This document shows positions 48,357-58,559 of a stretch of 64,000 nucleotides of DNA, piece by piece; positions within the stretch are counted from its first letter, which is position 1, and every line of letters starts with the position of its first letter. The DNA lies in NCBI GenBank assembly GCA_964430885.1, contig CAYSHM010000015.1, forward strand, positions 1 through 64,000, read 5' to 3'. This stretch comes from an uncultured archaeon (GTDB lineage: Archaea; Thermoplasmatota; Penumbrarchaeia; JASLWR01). The position numbers were made by a program, and so were the translations under genes. The notes below the pieces were generated by a model that saw only the letters and a list, made by a program, of their open reading frames with translations, was not told the origin of the DNA and made no database searches.

Positions 48357-49103
48357 ATGTGTTTCAATGCGTCAATAAGCAAGAATGGAGATATAATTGA
48401 AAAAAGGTTTGATGCAGTTTTCAGGAAAAGACGCACTTTCGAGCCCATATACCATAAATCCGCTTTTTCACTTCCCAAATGGCCGGTGATAACCGATATT
48501 GATCCTGATATTATTGAGCAGTTCACATGGGGACTTGTTCCATTCTGGATTAAGGAGCGGAAACAGGCAGAGGATATCAGATACAAGACCATGAACGCCA
48601 GAAGTGAGACATTGTGGGAGAAACCATCCTATCGGGCCTCTGCCAGAAGCAAAAGATGCCTGGTCATCGTTGATGGATTCTATGAATGGCGCTTAGTGAA
48701 TGGCAGGAAATATCCTTACTACATAACCATGCCCGATCATTCCCCCTTTGCTCTGGCAGGTCTATGGGAAACTTGGATGGATGAAAGAGAAAGGGAAACT
48801 CTTGAAACATTCACAGTGATAACTACAAAGGCCAATCCGCTTCTTGAAATGATCCACAATACCAAGAAAAGAATGCCAGTCATATTTGATGGAGATATTG
48901 AGAGGGCCTGGTTGGATCACGAACTGGAAAGGGATGAATTAGAGGCACTGCTGATGCCATATCAGGGCGAATTGAAGTCCTATACCATATCAAAATTAAT
49001 AACTGATAGGACAAGGGATAACAATGTTCCAATGGTGATGTCGCCCTACAAATACCGAGAGATAGATGAAAAGGAACCGGCCATTCAATACACTCTATTT
49101 TAG
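48357..49103 (+). CDS. SRAP/HMCES-family abasic-site protecting protein
   Basis: Start MC (catalytic Cys2), WGLVPFW, MNARSET, RCLV..DGFYEW, LAGLW, IHNTKKRMPVI. Confidence 0.92.
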   Translation: MCFNASISKNGDIIEKRFDAVFRKRRTFEPIYHKSAFSLPKWPVITDIDPDIIEQFTWGLVPFWIKERKQAEDIRYKTMNARSETLWEKPSYRASARSKRCLVIVDGFYEWRLVNGRKYPYYITMPDHSPFALAGLWETWMDERERETLETFTVITTKANPLLEMIHNTKKRMPVIFDGDIERAWLDHELERDELEALLMPYQGELKSYTISKLITDRTRDNNVPMVMSPYKYREIDEKEPAIQYTLF

Positions 49104-49176
49104 AAATTAACTGGCGAAAAGGATCAATAAAAAATCCCGTTTTTTCTAAACAAATATTCAAGTTTTGTGCAGCTAA

Positions 49177-50202
49177 CTATTCCATGGGTACAAGATGGGT
49201 AACCCCTATGGTTTCCAATATCATCCATACAATAAAAAGGATGTAGAGGAGTATCAGCAGAACCGATTCCACCTTTGAGATTCTTAAATTGGTCCTGATC
49301 ATAACGAACAGAATTATGGTTACAAGGACAAGGAATCCCATTAAAGGAGCGGTCTGGGTGAAGTTGATGGTGGCGGTTCCAGCGATGAGTATTCCTGCAG
49401 GAATACATATCAGCAGATCAAAAGTGTTGGATCCTAAAACGTTTGCCATGCTTGTTATTGCTTTCCCCTTCCTGGCAGCCTTTATACTGACAAATGAATC
49501 CGAAATGCTTGTACCCGCAGCGATGACAGTTATCCCCCATAGGAAGCTGGGGGTATTGAAGATCTCGCCGAAACCTATTGCTGCAGTGACAAGTCCTTCC
49601 ACACCTGCCACGATTATTGCTAAACCCAGGATCAAGATTCCCCACTGTTTCCAAATATTGATCTTTTCGGCAGGTTCCGGAGGAGTATAATCCATGGTAT
49701 CCTGGTACTGGATAAATATGTAGAGGAAATAAAGTGCAACAGGGATCAGTGCAAGTTTTCGGTCCACTGTTCCAAATAATGAATCGCTGCCTTCGATGGA
49801 TACAGGATTATAGATAACAGCAAATGAGAATGTTAAAAGCAGGGCTGCAACTGCAACCATATAGAACTGGGCTTCCTTGTAAACAAGATCTCTATTTGAC
49901 CTTAGCGTATGCTTGGAGAATAGACCGGAAAGACCAGGTATTACCAAGATATTGAAGATCGCCGACCCCGCGATAACTCCCACACCGAGATCGAACTCGT
50001 TGTGAACCATTGTGGATATGATAGTACTAGATAATTCCGGAAAACTTGACCCGATTGCTGCAATAATTGCTCCCTGAACGATCTCTGGAAGTTCGTAATG
50101 AGCTGCCAGCTTTTCACTGGATCTCTCAAGGAAATCACTGCCCTTCCAGACCAAGGCGGTTCCACCGACAGCTAGAAGAATGTAGAGCAGAATATCATAC
50201 AT
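49177..50202 (-). CDS. Na+/Ca2+ exchanger-family antiporter
   Basis: Alpha repeats AIGSSFPEL..GSAIFN and AAGTSISD..GSNTFD. Confidence 0.9.
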   Translation of the reverse strand: MYDILLYILLAVGGTALVWKGSDFLERSSEKLAAHYELPEIVQGAIIAAIGSSFPELSSTIISTMVHNEFDLGVGVIAGSAIFNILVIPGLSGLFSKHTLRSNRDLVYKEAQFYMVAVAALLLTFSFAVIYNPVSIEGSDSLFGTVDRKLALIPVALYFLYIFIQYQDTMDYTPPEPAEKINIWKQWGILILGLAIIVAGVEGLVTAAIGFGEIFNTPSFLWGITVIAAGTSISDSFVSIKAARKGKAITSMANVLGSNTFDLLICIPAGILIAGTATINFTQTAPLMGFLVLVTIILFVMIRTNLRISKVESVLLILLYILFIVWMILETIGVTHLVPME

Positions 50203-50362
50203 CGAATTAGCCTAAATATTGACCTTAAATAAATACCTTGACATTGACAATTTTAATAAGAATATTATCACTAAATGGCCCCATTATCATTAAGGTAAGA
50301 CACAGCGGGATTTCAAATTTTAAATTTCTCTACAAAAGAACACACAATTGGATTGGATTTTT

Positions 50363-53300
50363 TTATTTGCCGCCTGAAGAAATGTATTTTTTCTTTACCT
50401 TGTCAATAAAGGTATTTATATTATCTCTGATCACCTGATCAATACCCTCTTCTTTGTCAAATCCATCACTTCTTTCATGGAAATGTCTCTTGGCCCTGTG
50501 AACAAAGGCCTCTATGCGGTTTCTACTATGAGTTGAACCCAAACCGTCGTAGACCAGAGACATCATGGGAATATTTCCTGTTCTCTCCTTTATTGCCGGA
50601 AAAAGTGCTGCAGTGGAAGTACCTATCATACAGTTGAGACAGAACACGTTCAGAATACCGTCCACTCCTTTTTCAGCAAAATCCAGGTGTTTGGCGACAT
50701 TTAGGGCAATGAGAAGTTCGGGATCATCAGGGAGAAGTCCTTTGATGTATTTCTCTACAACTTCCCCATCGGGTTCGGATATGTTCTTGAGTATCCCTTT
50801 GAAATATTTTTGTACACGCCACATTTCCAGCTTCTGCATCTTGACTGAAGCCCAGGAATAGGCCATTTCTCGGTACTCCTTCTGCCTCCAGTATCTCTTT
50901 TGACCTAGTTCGGTCCCCACTAGTGAAACATCAAAAATGGTAGGCGAGATCCATACCTCACAACCCAATTCCTCCAGTACATCGAATAGATTTGAATTTC
51001 CCACAGGATTTATTCTAGTATATACATCTCCTGCCACACCTATTATGGGCCTTTGTTTTTTCTTGTCAACTGCAATGTTATCCATTATCTCTATGGCCTT
51101 GGCAATTCCCCGGTGTGTTCTTTCCTGTGATATTCCCTTGACAATTTTAATCAGGCCTCTATCATATGATCTATTGACACTGCTTTTTATGATCTCATAG
51201 GGTCTTAGTTCATGTTTAAGACGAAGTATGTAATCTATTCCTAAGATACCCCTGCCCAAGCTAACCATTTTTTTCATCCCCAGCATATCCAATAGATAGG
51301 ATGGGGACGTCCCAACTACCTCTATATCACCTCTTCCCATTTTTTGGAGATATCTCCTTATGGTGGGTATGTACTGGCTTATCAGACAGGATGAACAGGT
51401 CGTTATCGGGAACATATAAATAGAATTCAGGGGCAGGGAATCGTCCTTCAGGAGTTTTACAATATCGCCTGTTATTAAGTGGAAAGGATGACACTGTTTA
51501 CCTCCTGTGATCTCCATGCCTAGTTCCATAATCTCTCTGTCAGGCAGAGGTAGTACATCTACTTCATGTCCTTTTGATTTCAGTATGCCTGCAAATGCAA
51601 ATGCGTGGTCAGCGAACCTGGGAATGATGAAACGTTTTTTACCCTTTTTCAGTCCCTCAACAGGGTCAAGTTTTGAATCGGAATACGTATTATACGTTTT
51701 GGAATACTCACACTCTTTTGAACCAATTGCTCCATCTAAGGGTGTCTTTTCCCCTTTCTGATATCCACTTATTCCTTCTTTCTGCATGCGCTTCCGCTGA
51801 ATAACACATTGGGCGAATGCCTCTACCCTTGTCTCAAGACCAGCATCAGCCCTGTGTTCATCAAGTTCGATGAATAACGTTAGTTTATTCTGTAAAATAT
51901 CCTCTAACAGCTGAAGGGAAAAAGCATCCGGACCGCAGCCGAAATTTGTTATCACTATAGGATAAAGGTTTTCTTTGGTGGAAATATAATCAGCCACATG
52001 AATCATCCTGCTGTTGAAATACCATGTGTCCTTATCCGAGCTGTAATTGGATTTGCCGGTAAATGAATAATTGTCAGGTATTTTAATTTGGTCATAATGC
52101 ATCACATCGAATCCTGCCCTTGACAGCTTGGTGGATAGTGCCAGATTGAGGAATCGATCTCCAATAGTATATGGCTTCCCCATAATAACTGCCTGAGGCC
52201 GCTCTTTAGGAATATCCAATTTCTGAGTCCGGATGGTTCTTAGATGCATATCCATTGCTGATTTATAGGCCTTATCAACCGTTTCCTTTTCAATACCCAG
52301 ATTTTTTTCGATCTCTGAGCAAAGCTTGCCCAGCTGGATAGAATCCAGTTCAGGGACCAATGGAAAAACCATCACCTCAATTTCGGGAAAGGACGAAGCG
52401 ATCATCGAGGATGCATGCTGGATATAGGGGCAGACGGAACGCCCTTCCAGATCTGTAGGTGAAGGAATGAACACCCTCTTGATACCTCTTGATTTTAGAT
52501 TATTGACATGACCGAACATTACTTTCACAGGCAGACAGGTTTCTGCCGGGAGTCTCTTTAATCCGGATTGGAACTTCTCTGAATCGGTAAGACCTGATGT
52601 AAGTATGTCTATGTTCAGATCTTCAAAGAAGGCGAACCAAAAGGGAAAATACTCTCTGAAAAGCAGCGATTCAGGTATTCCGATGATCCTTTTACGCTTC
52701 CGGTTTTTAATTTTTTCAATTTTCCTTTCGTTGAACCTCTTCAATTTATTGATAATACTGTCCTTTACCTGGCTATGGTCAGACCCCATGTTGTCCTTGT
52801 TCAGTCTTTCGGAATAACGCCCGCATAGGTCACCGAAATAATACTTCTCCCTGCTGATTTTGAAAACGTTAACCTCACAGCTGTTCTCACATCCTCTGCA
52901 GTTCAGAATACCTACATCAGAAGAAGCAGGCATATCAAATCCCTTGAATCGAGAACCTTTGAAGGTGCTCTTTTCAGAATTCCCAGCTGCAGGTATTTCA
53001 CTCATCTCTTTGGCTAGAAGTGCAACACCCAATGCACCTGAGGTCTCGGGTTCAGGATGAACAGATATCTCGGAACCAAATAATCGTCTTTTAAATGATT
53101 CCACAACTGCAGAGTTTTTTGCCACACCACCCTGGAATATTACCCTATTTCCCATCTCCCTCCCTTGGGCAACCCTTGTTATATAATTCTCCACAACAGC
53201 AGTGGATATGCTCATCAGGATATCTTCCAAGGGGGTTTTTCTCTGTAAGTGATGAACAATATCCGATTCCATGAATACCGAGCACCTGCTGGCCATAGGG

Positions 53301-54748
53301 GCGGATTCCTCTGAAGAAAGGGCCAGTCTTGCAAAATCCTTCTTAAGGTCAACCCCCAATCTGACAGCCTGTTCCTGAATGAAAGAGCCAGTACCGGCAG
53401 AACAGGCCCTGTTCATCTCGAAATCCTCAACCAGCCCTTTTGTATCCAACTTGATAAATTTTGCGTCCTGTCCGCCTATTTCAATAATAGTGTCAGCATC
53501 ACTGAAGAAGTGAAAGGCTCCTTTTGCCTGAGCAGTGATCTCATCAATGATAATATCGGAACCGGTAATACTGCCTACTAATTTTCTGCCAGACCCGGTT
53601 ACACCAAGAGAGATAATGTCCTTCTGTTCAATATTATTCTGTAAAAATTTTAGGGCCCTTTCAACTGCTTTTATGGGTTTCCCCTCTGTGAATACATAAA
53701 CCTTGGCGATGATTTCATTCTTATTGTCTATTAGAATGGCATCTGTACTTACGGAACCCACATCGATGCCTAGAAAACAGTTTCCAGAAATTTCTGCCCT
53801 ATAGTTGAACTCAAATTTCTCCATGCTCCTTCTTTGTTTATCTGTTAAACGAGTCATTTCCCAAGCCTTGAGGGCGATTTTTTCCAAATTGTCGGATTTT
53901 ATACTGTTGATAGCTTTTCTGATCTTATTATGTGTCAAAGCTTGATTCTTCCAATCTCTAGCCAATAATCCCGCACCTACAGCACCCATTATCTGTGGTT
54001 TTGAGGGAATGACAATATCCTTTTCTTGTATTTTCAACAGTTCCCTGAAAGCTCTTAAAACCCCTTTGTTCAGGGCCACTCCCCCCTGAAAAACCACTGG
54101 TTTAACGATTTCACGTCCCCTGATCATAGTTGCAATATAATTTCTTGCAAGAGCATAACACAGTCCAGACACGATCTCATCCTCGACCACTCCTCTTTGC
54201 TGTAGGTGAATGATGTCCGATTTGGCAAATACGCTGCACCTACCGGCCACAGAAGGTATGTTCTTTGCCCTGGAAGCTTTTTCGGACAGTTCCTCAATTG
54301 ACATCCCGAGCCGTTCGGACTGCACATCCAGAAATGCTCCAGTACCAGCAGCACAAAGCTCGTTCATGGAATAGTCATAAGGACCTTTTTCATCGACCAA
54401 AATGAACTTGGAATCCTGTCCTCCTATCTCTATTACAGAGGCTTTCCCCTTGACCAGGGAAGATGCGGCAGTACCATGAGCAACTATCTCGTTTGCCGAT
54501 GAAATTCCAAGCAGATCACAGACGATTTCTTTACCGCTCCCTGTTGCCACTGCATTCTCAAATTCTTTGATGTTCCGGGGTTCCATAAATGATGTGAAAA
54601 GCTCCCCCAAAACCCTGGATAGAGTACCATGAGGATCACCATGTACTCGCCTATAGGTCCACCAAGCGGTTCTTTTTCTGTGGTCTATAACAACAACATC
54701 AAGGCTGACAGAACCAACATCTATCCCCAAATAATACCTCTTCCTCAT
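50363..54748 (-). CDS. Fused double BadF/BcrAD-type activase + DUF2229-like/dehydratase domains (PlsA/PlsR- or Ger-like)
   Basis: Two GIDVGS..EIGGQD..MNxxCxAGTGxF..RCSVF ASKHA domains, CRGCENSC, ETCLPVK, NFGCGPD, CHPF, CLNCM; start MRKRYY after GGTGA. Confidence 0.85.
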   Translation of the reverse strand: MRKRYYLGIDVGSVSLDVVVIDHRKRTAWWTYRRVHGDPHGTLSRVLGELFTSFMEPRNIKEFENAVATGSGKEIVCDLLGISSANEIVAHGTAASSLVKGKASVIEIGGQDSKFILVDEKGPYDYSMNELCAAGTGAFLDVQSERLGMSIEELSEKASRAKNIPSVAGRCSVFAKSDIIHLQQRGVVEDEIVSGLCYALARNYIATMIRGREIVKPVVFQGGVALNKGVLRAFRELLKIQEKDIVIPSKPQIMGAVGAGLLARDWKNQALTHNKIRKAINSIKSDNLEKIALKAWEMTRLTDKQRRSMEKFEFNYRAEISGNCFLGIDVGSVSTDAILIDNKNEIIAKVYVFTEGKPIKAVERALKFLQNNIEQKDIISLGVTGSGRKLVGSITGSDIIIDEITAQAKGAFHFFSDADTIIEIGGQDAKFIKLDTKGLVEDFEMNRACSAGTGSFIQEQAVRLGVDLKKDFARLALSSEESAPMASRCSVFMESDIVHHLQRKTPLEDILMSISTAVVENYITRVAQGREMGNRVIFQGGVAKNSAVVESFKRRLFGSEISVHPEPETSGALGVALLAKEMSEIPAAGNSEKSTFKGSRFKGFDMPASSDVGILNCRGCENSCEVNVFKISREKYYFGDLCGRYSERLNKDNMGSDHSQVKDSIINKLKRFNERKIEKIKNRKRKRIIGIPESLLFREYFPFWFAFFEDLNIDILTSGLTDSEKFQSGLKRLPAETCLPVKVMFGHVNNLKSRGIKRVFIPSPTDLEGRSVCPYIQHASSMIASSFPEIEVMVFPLVPELDSIQLGKLCSEIEKNLGIEKETVDKAYKSAMDMHLRTIRTQKLDIPKERPQAVIMGKPYTIGDRFLNLALSTKLSRAGFDVMHYDQIKIPDNYSFTGKSNYSSDKDTWYFNSRMIHVADYISTKENLYPIVITNFGCGPDAFSLQLLEDILQNKLTLFIELDEHRADAGLETRVEAFAQCVIQRKRMQKEGISGYQKGEKTPLDGAIGSKECEYSKTYNTYSDSKLDPVEGLKKGKKRFIIPRFADHAFAFAGILKSKGHEVDVLPLPDREIMELGMEITGGKQCHPFHLITGDIVKLLKDDSLPLNSIYMFPITTCSSCLISQYIPTIRRYLQKMGRGDIEVVGTSPSYLLDMLGMKKMVSLGRGILGIDYILRLKHELRPYEIIKSSVNRSYDRGLIKIVKGISQERTHRGIAKAIEIMDNIAVDKKKQRPIIGVAGDVYTRINPVGNSNLFDVLEELGCEVWISPTIFDVSLVGTELGQKRYWRQKEYREMAYSWASVKMQKLEMWRVQKYFKGILKNISEPDGEVVEKYIKGLLPDDPELLIALNVAKHLDFAEKGVDGILNVFCLNCMIGTSTAALFPAIKERTGNIPMMSLVYDGLGSTHSRNRIEAFVHRAKRHFHERSDGFDKEEGIDQVIRDNINTFIDKVKKKYISSGGK

Positions 54749-54788
54749 TCCTTCACCCAATGCTGTCTTTGATGTTATCCTATATACT

Positions 54789-55238
54789 TCATCTAATTAT
54801 CTCTATTATCCCCTTTCCACCGTCCACACTGACAATATCCCCGTTCTTCATAATTTCCCCTAGGTCCCTTTCCGGAAGACAGAGCAGAGGTATCTTCGCT
54901 GAGATTGCTCCTTCCACAAGATTGTAGTCCGCCATTTTCAGATTCACTATAGCTCCGGGCTGCTTTCCCTGCTGGTATAGGGCATTGAGTACAACGCATC
55001 CGCCGGATGATCCCTTTGTTTCAGGGTATATCAGTATCTTACCCGCTATGGTCTCACCCTTTTGCTCATGGTCCCTTGCGATTATCTCCGATGTGTCCAT
55101 ATCCACATCACCCATGAAAGAGAAAGCTTTATTCATAAGTAGTGCAGAACCGGTAATTTGACCTTTGACTAGGCCTCTGCATTTTATTATAATTCTCTTA
55201 GATCTTGATGAATCCGCTTGTAAACCACTTTCTCTCAT
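54789..55238 (-). CDS. Aconitase X small (swiveling) subunit
   Basis: FSFMGDVD, GETIAGKILIYP..KGSS, GDIVSVDG; starts immediately after the large subunit stop. Confidence 0.85.
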   Translation of the reverse strand: MRESGLQADSSRSKRIIIKCRGLVKGQITGSALLMNKAFSFMGDVDMDTSEIIARDHEQKGETIAGKILIYPETKGSSGGCVVLNALYQQGKQPGAIVNLKMADYNLVEGAISAKIPLLCLPERDLGEIMKNGDIVSVDGGKGIIEIIR

Positions 55239-55239
55239 T

Positions 55240-56511
55240 TCAATCACCCCATTTTCCTTTAATTGCAGCCTCAATACATTTCTTACGGTCTACAAGCAGG
55301 GTCTCACAGCCGATAAGGTCCTTGACATATCGGGCCATTTTTCCGGATTCGGTCGCCATCGCCTCGATATATGGTACAGGCAGCCCGTACTGCTTGCAGG
55401 TGCTATTGCGCATATGTGATTCCACTGGGCAGGAGTCGCAAACGACCCTGCCGCCTGCCGACTCAATTATCTGTACATATCCCTGCCATTCAGCAGCCCT
55501 TTTGGTCATTCGGTTGGTGCAGACCCACAGTTCCACCCCCTTTTTCACCTTTTTTCCTGTGAGCATTTCCGCAACTTCCCTTAATTGATCCAGATCATAA
55601 TGTGGGCAGCCCAGAAGAACGAAATCGACTTCGCCTCCGTCCATTGTGCTTACCTTTTCCCGGGCTGTGTCAAGGTCATCAGGTGAAACCCAGTATATTT
55701 CTTGGGGTACATCTCCTTGAAGTGCCTCGGACAGGGTTCTTGCCTCGGCTGTTATCCCCGGAATGTGATAGAGGGAGACGGAGCCGGATGTGGCAAGGGT
55801 CGCACCCATTCCTATGAGGTTTTCCTGTTTATGTGTCGATATTCCGTGCATTACCGGAACCTCGCTTCCCACGATCTCCCCGATATGGATACCCAGTAGA
55901 TTGTAGTCAGTGAAATTTTCTAATTTTTCCTTCTCGATGTCGATATTGAAAAGATGGGTTCCCTTTCTGTTCTCTCGGAGCATATAACCCATTTCAGGAT
56001 ATTTTCCAGTCACCGCAGAATATTTTGTGAACAATCCGCCTCTGTTGGACCAGGCGCCCAGCATCGAATTGTAGTAGATGACTGCAGAGGATTCCACAGT
56101 GGCAACATAGGAGTTCTTCGGCGGAATGAATCCCAGGAGGTAGGGAGTACAGGTATAGGTTCCCAAGGCGCCCATCTCCCTGTGGGGTTCAATGACCTCC
56201 ATTTGCAGTTCGGCCAATTCTTCAGGTACACCCATTTCTTTCCATTGGTCTATATCCATGCATAGGGTGGATGTAGTTGTAGGCACCTCCACCTTGGGTG
56301 ATTTTTCTGAGAACTCCAGAAGCGATTCCACACTGCCTCTGTAAATCCCCATCTCAGCCGGATAATGGACGTACACAATATCAAGTAATCTTTCGGCTTC
56401 AAAAGCGTCACCGAACTGGGTTATATGATCCATAGCCTCTGCCTTTGCAGGACCGTATTCTCCGTCCAGCATTTTCTGTTCTTCCGGGGTTAGATGCATA
56501 GGTTCCACCAA
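55240..56511 (-). CDS. Aconitase X large (catalytic) subunit
   Basis: MHLTPEEQKMLDGEYG, TCTPY, ESSAVIYYNSMLGAWSNR, LGCPH, DSCPV. Confidence 0.88.
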   Translation of the reverse strand: MVEPMHLTPEEQKMLDGEYGPAKAEAMDHITQFGDAFEAERLLDIVYVHYPAEMGIYRGSVESLLEFSEKSPKVEVPTTTSTLCMDIDQWKEMGVPEELAELQMEVIEPHREMGALGTYTCTPYLLGFIPPKNSYVATVESSAVIYYNSMLGAWSNRGGLFTKYSAVTGKYPEMGYMLRENRKGTHLFNIDIEKEKLENFTDYNLLGIHIGEIVGSEVPVMHGISTHKQENLIGMGATLATSGSVSLYHIPGITAEARTLSEALQGDVPQEIYWVSPDDLDTAREKVSTMDGGEVDFVLLGCPHYDLDQLREVAEMLTGKKVKKGVELWVCTNRMTKRAAEWQGYVQIIESAGGRVVCDSCPVESHMRNSTCKQYGLPVPYIEAMATESGKMARYVKDLIGCETLLVDRKKCIEAAIKGKWGD

Positions 56512-56540
56512 TTAAACAGCCAAGTAAAAAAGTGATTTCC

Positions 56541-58559
56541 TTATACCTGATCAATTCCCTGTCTTACCTTGACAGCCATGCCGCTTTGGAAATCCAACAT
56601 CTCCTTTCTGTTCATAAGCGACTTACCCCAGGCAAGTAGATTGTCCTCTTCATCAACGAGAATAACCTCATCACCAGGTCTTATATTATCATCACAACCA
56701 AGAACGAATTTGCAGAAGACGGTTTTTCCCTTTCTGACAAATGGTGCGGATTCTTTATCCATCACGACCCGGTAATCCTTTCCAATTAAAGCCTTCTTTA
56801 AGAGCAATGCGCCCTTTCTTTTAAGAGTTATCCTCCCTGAAGAAGCAGAAACCGAGAAGACATGCTCCTCCTTGAAGAATACATTACGTATCCTGTCAGT
56901 GGACTTGCTCTTTCTGAACGCAATATCTTCGGAATTTCTTTTCATTATCTGGTCCCCTATCCCGCTTCCGAACTGCATATCGAGAGTTGATCTGATGGAT
57001 AATATGTCCCTTTGATGCTTGCTCATTTTATTGGATTCGTCATATAATTTATCAGCCACGTGATCTTTCAGTTCCTCCACCCATATCCTGACCTGTGCGA
57101 GAGGTTTTTCGCCTCGGATCTTCAGAACATATTTCACCTGCGGCCATATTTCTGCCACTTTGGGTCTATTTGAAGAGGATCCAGCATGTTTAGGATAGAG
57201 GGATTGTGAGAATGGATACATATGCGATAGTTCTATGGGGATCGGTCCCAGAGGTGTATCCACTGCTATGAATGCAGGCAGTATCTCATTAATTTCGTTT
57301 ATCAGACTTCCATAGGTTACATCGTAGGGTTTGGAAGCATCGGGAAGGAGGATGCAGGTATCGCTCATGGGAATATAACGCTCCCTTAGAAAATTATCTA
57401 TTCTTTGAACTTCTGGCCTCTTGAGGCTAAAGGGACCAGTGAGCATCATTCTTTTTTTGGATGCTGGTTCGAATAGTTCCAGTTGGTCAAAGTGTGTATA
57501 CAGCCTTTCAAGAGCTTCATACAGCATCGGATGGCCAGAGCATCGCCGTTCCACCAGCTCCCATAGTGTCCCAGAGATTATAGCTTCCTTTATTCTCCGT
57601 AGTTCCCCGAATGACACATAAAGATTGTGGGATGCCAGTTCTCTCTTCATTTCAATAAACGGTAATTCAAGAAGTCTTTCGGCTCTTTGGTATTTCACAC
57701 AGACCGGACAGGTGCAGGGGAGATGATCCATTTCCTTCAATTTACGGGTCCCATCGGTGAACATCATTCTTGCGTCCTGAGCGTACTTTGCATAGGACGA
57801 GGAATCGAACAAATCGCACCCCATAGCAGATGCCAGTGCAAATATCATCGGGTGTCCGGCACCGAATAGATGGACCGGTTTGGATATATTCAATCCCCGC
57901 TTCGAAGCCATCACGATATCCACCATCTCGGCATACCGATAATCTTCCATGAGAGGAACAACACCTCCGATGGGGAATACATCGCCATCTATATTCCCCC
58001 TAGACAGTTCGGTAGCGCATGTCTCCCTTAACTCAGGATATACGGATCCTTGAACAGTTGTTGCAAGAAAAGTTTCACCCTTTATCTTAGTGGAGATCTT
58101 GGCCCTCTCGAGAGTTCTTTCCATATCCTCTTTTGCTTCTGCGAAGGTCCTGTCCGGTGTAGAGAATATGTCAAGAATAGTCGCGATATCAACTCCTATA
58201 TCCTTCTGGAACTGAACGATCTCCAAGGGTTCTACATCAACATCCCCATGGACATATGACTGGAACGTCCCTGAATCGGTCATTATGGCTCCAGGGAAAT
58301 CAAGTAATTCGTGGACGCCGGTTTCCAAAGCCTTTTCTTTTATTCTGGGGGTTTTATTGATGATATAGGAATTTGTGATCAATATATCGGCCCCGAATCT
58401 TTCCATGATCTGCCTTGGCGGGATCAGATCAATGTTTGGATTGATGACCGGCAGCAGTGTAGGTGTATGGACCTTTCCGTGGGGAGTATTGAATTCGCCG
58501 ACCCTCCCCATGATGTCCCTGTTTTTTATCTGAAATTGGATCCCTGTCATTTTTATCAC
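56541..58559 (-). CDS. tgtA: Archaeosine tRNA-guanine(15) transglycosylase
   Basis: TPTLLPVINP, MTDSGTFQ, IGGVVPLME, HLFGAGHP, CDLFDS, CTCPVC, C-terminal PUA domain. Confidence 0.95.
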   Translation of the reverse strand: MIKMTGIQFQIKNRDIMGRVGEFNTPHGKVHTPTLLPVINPNIDLIPPRQIMERFGADILITNSYIINKTPRIKEKALETGVHELLDFPGAIMTDSGTFQSYVHGDVDVEPLEIVQFQKDIGVDIATILDIFSTPDRTFAEAKEDMERTLERAKISTKIKGETFLATTVQGSVYPELRETCATELSRGNIDGDVFPIGGVVPLMEDYRYAEMVDIVMASKRGLNISKPVHLFGAGHPMIFALASAMGCDLFDSSSYAKYAQDARMMFTDGTRKLKEMDHLPCTCPVCVKYQRAERLLELPFIEMKRELASHNLYVSFGELRRIKEAIISGTLWELVERRCSGHPMLYEALERLYTHFDQLELFEPASKKRMMLTGPFSLKRPEVQRIDNFLRERYIPMSDTCILLPDASKPYDVTYGSLINEINEILPAFIAVDTPLGPIPIELSHMYPFSQSLYPKHAGSSSNRPKVAEIWPQVKYVLKIRGEKPLAQVRIWVEELKDHVADKLYDESNKMSKHQRDILSIRSTLDMQFGSGIGDQIMKRNSEDIAFRKSKSTDRIRNVFFKEEHVFSVSASSGRITLKRKGALLLKKALIGKDYRVVMDKESAPFVRKGKTVFCKFVLGCDDNIRPGDEVILVDEEDNLLAWGKSLMNRKEMLDFQSGMAVKVRQGIDQV

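Noticed and set aside
40584-50202. Integrated provirus or plasmid at tRNA-Val
   Set aside because: No integrase, capsid or replication genes, and no distal tRNA repeat seen by eye.
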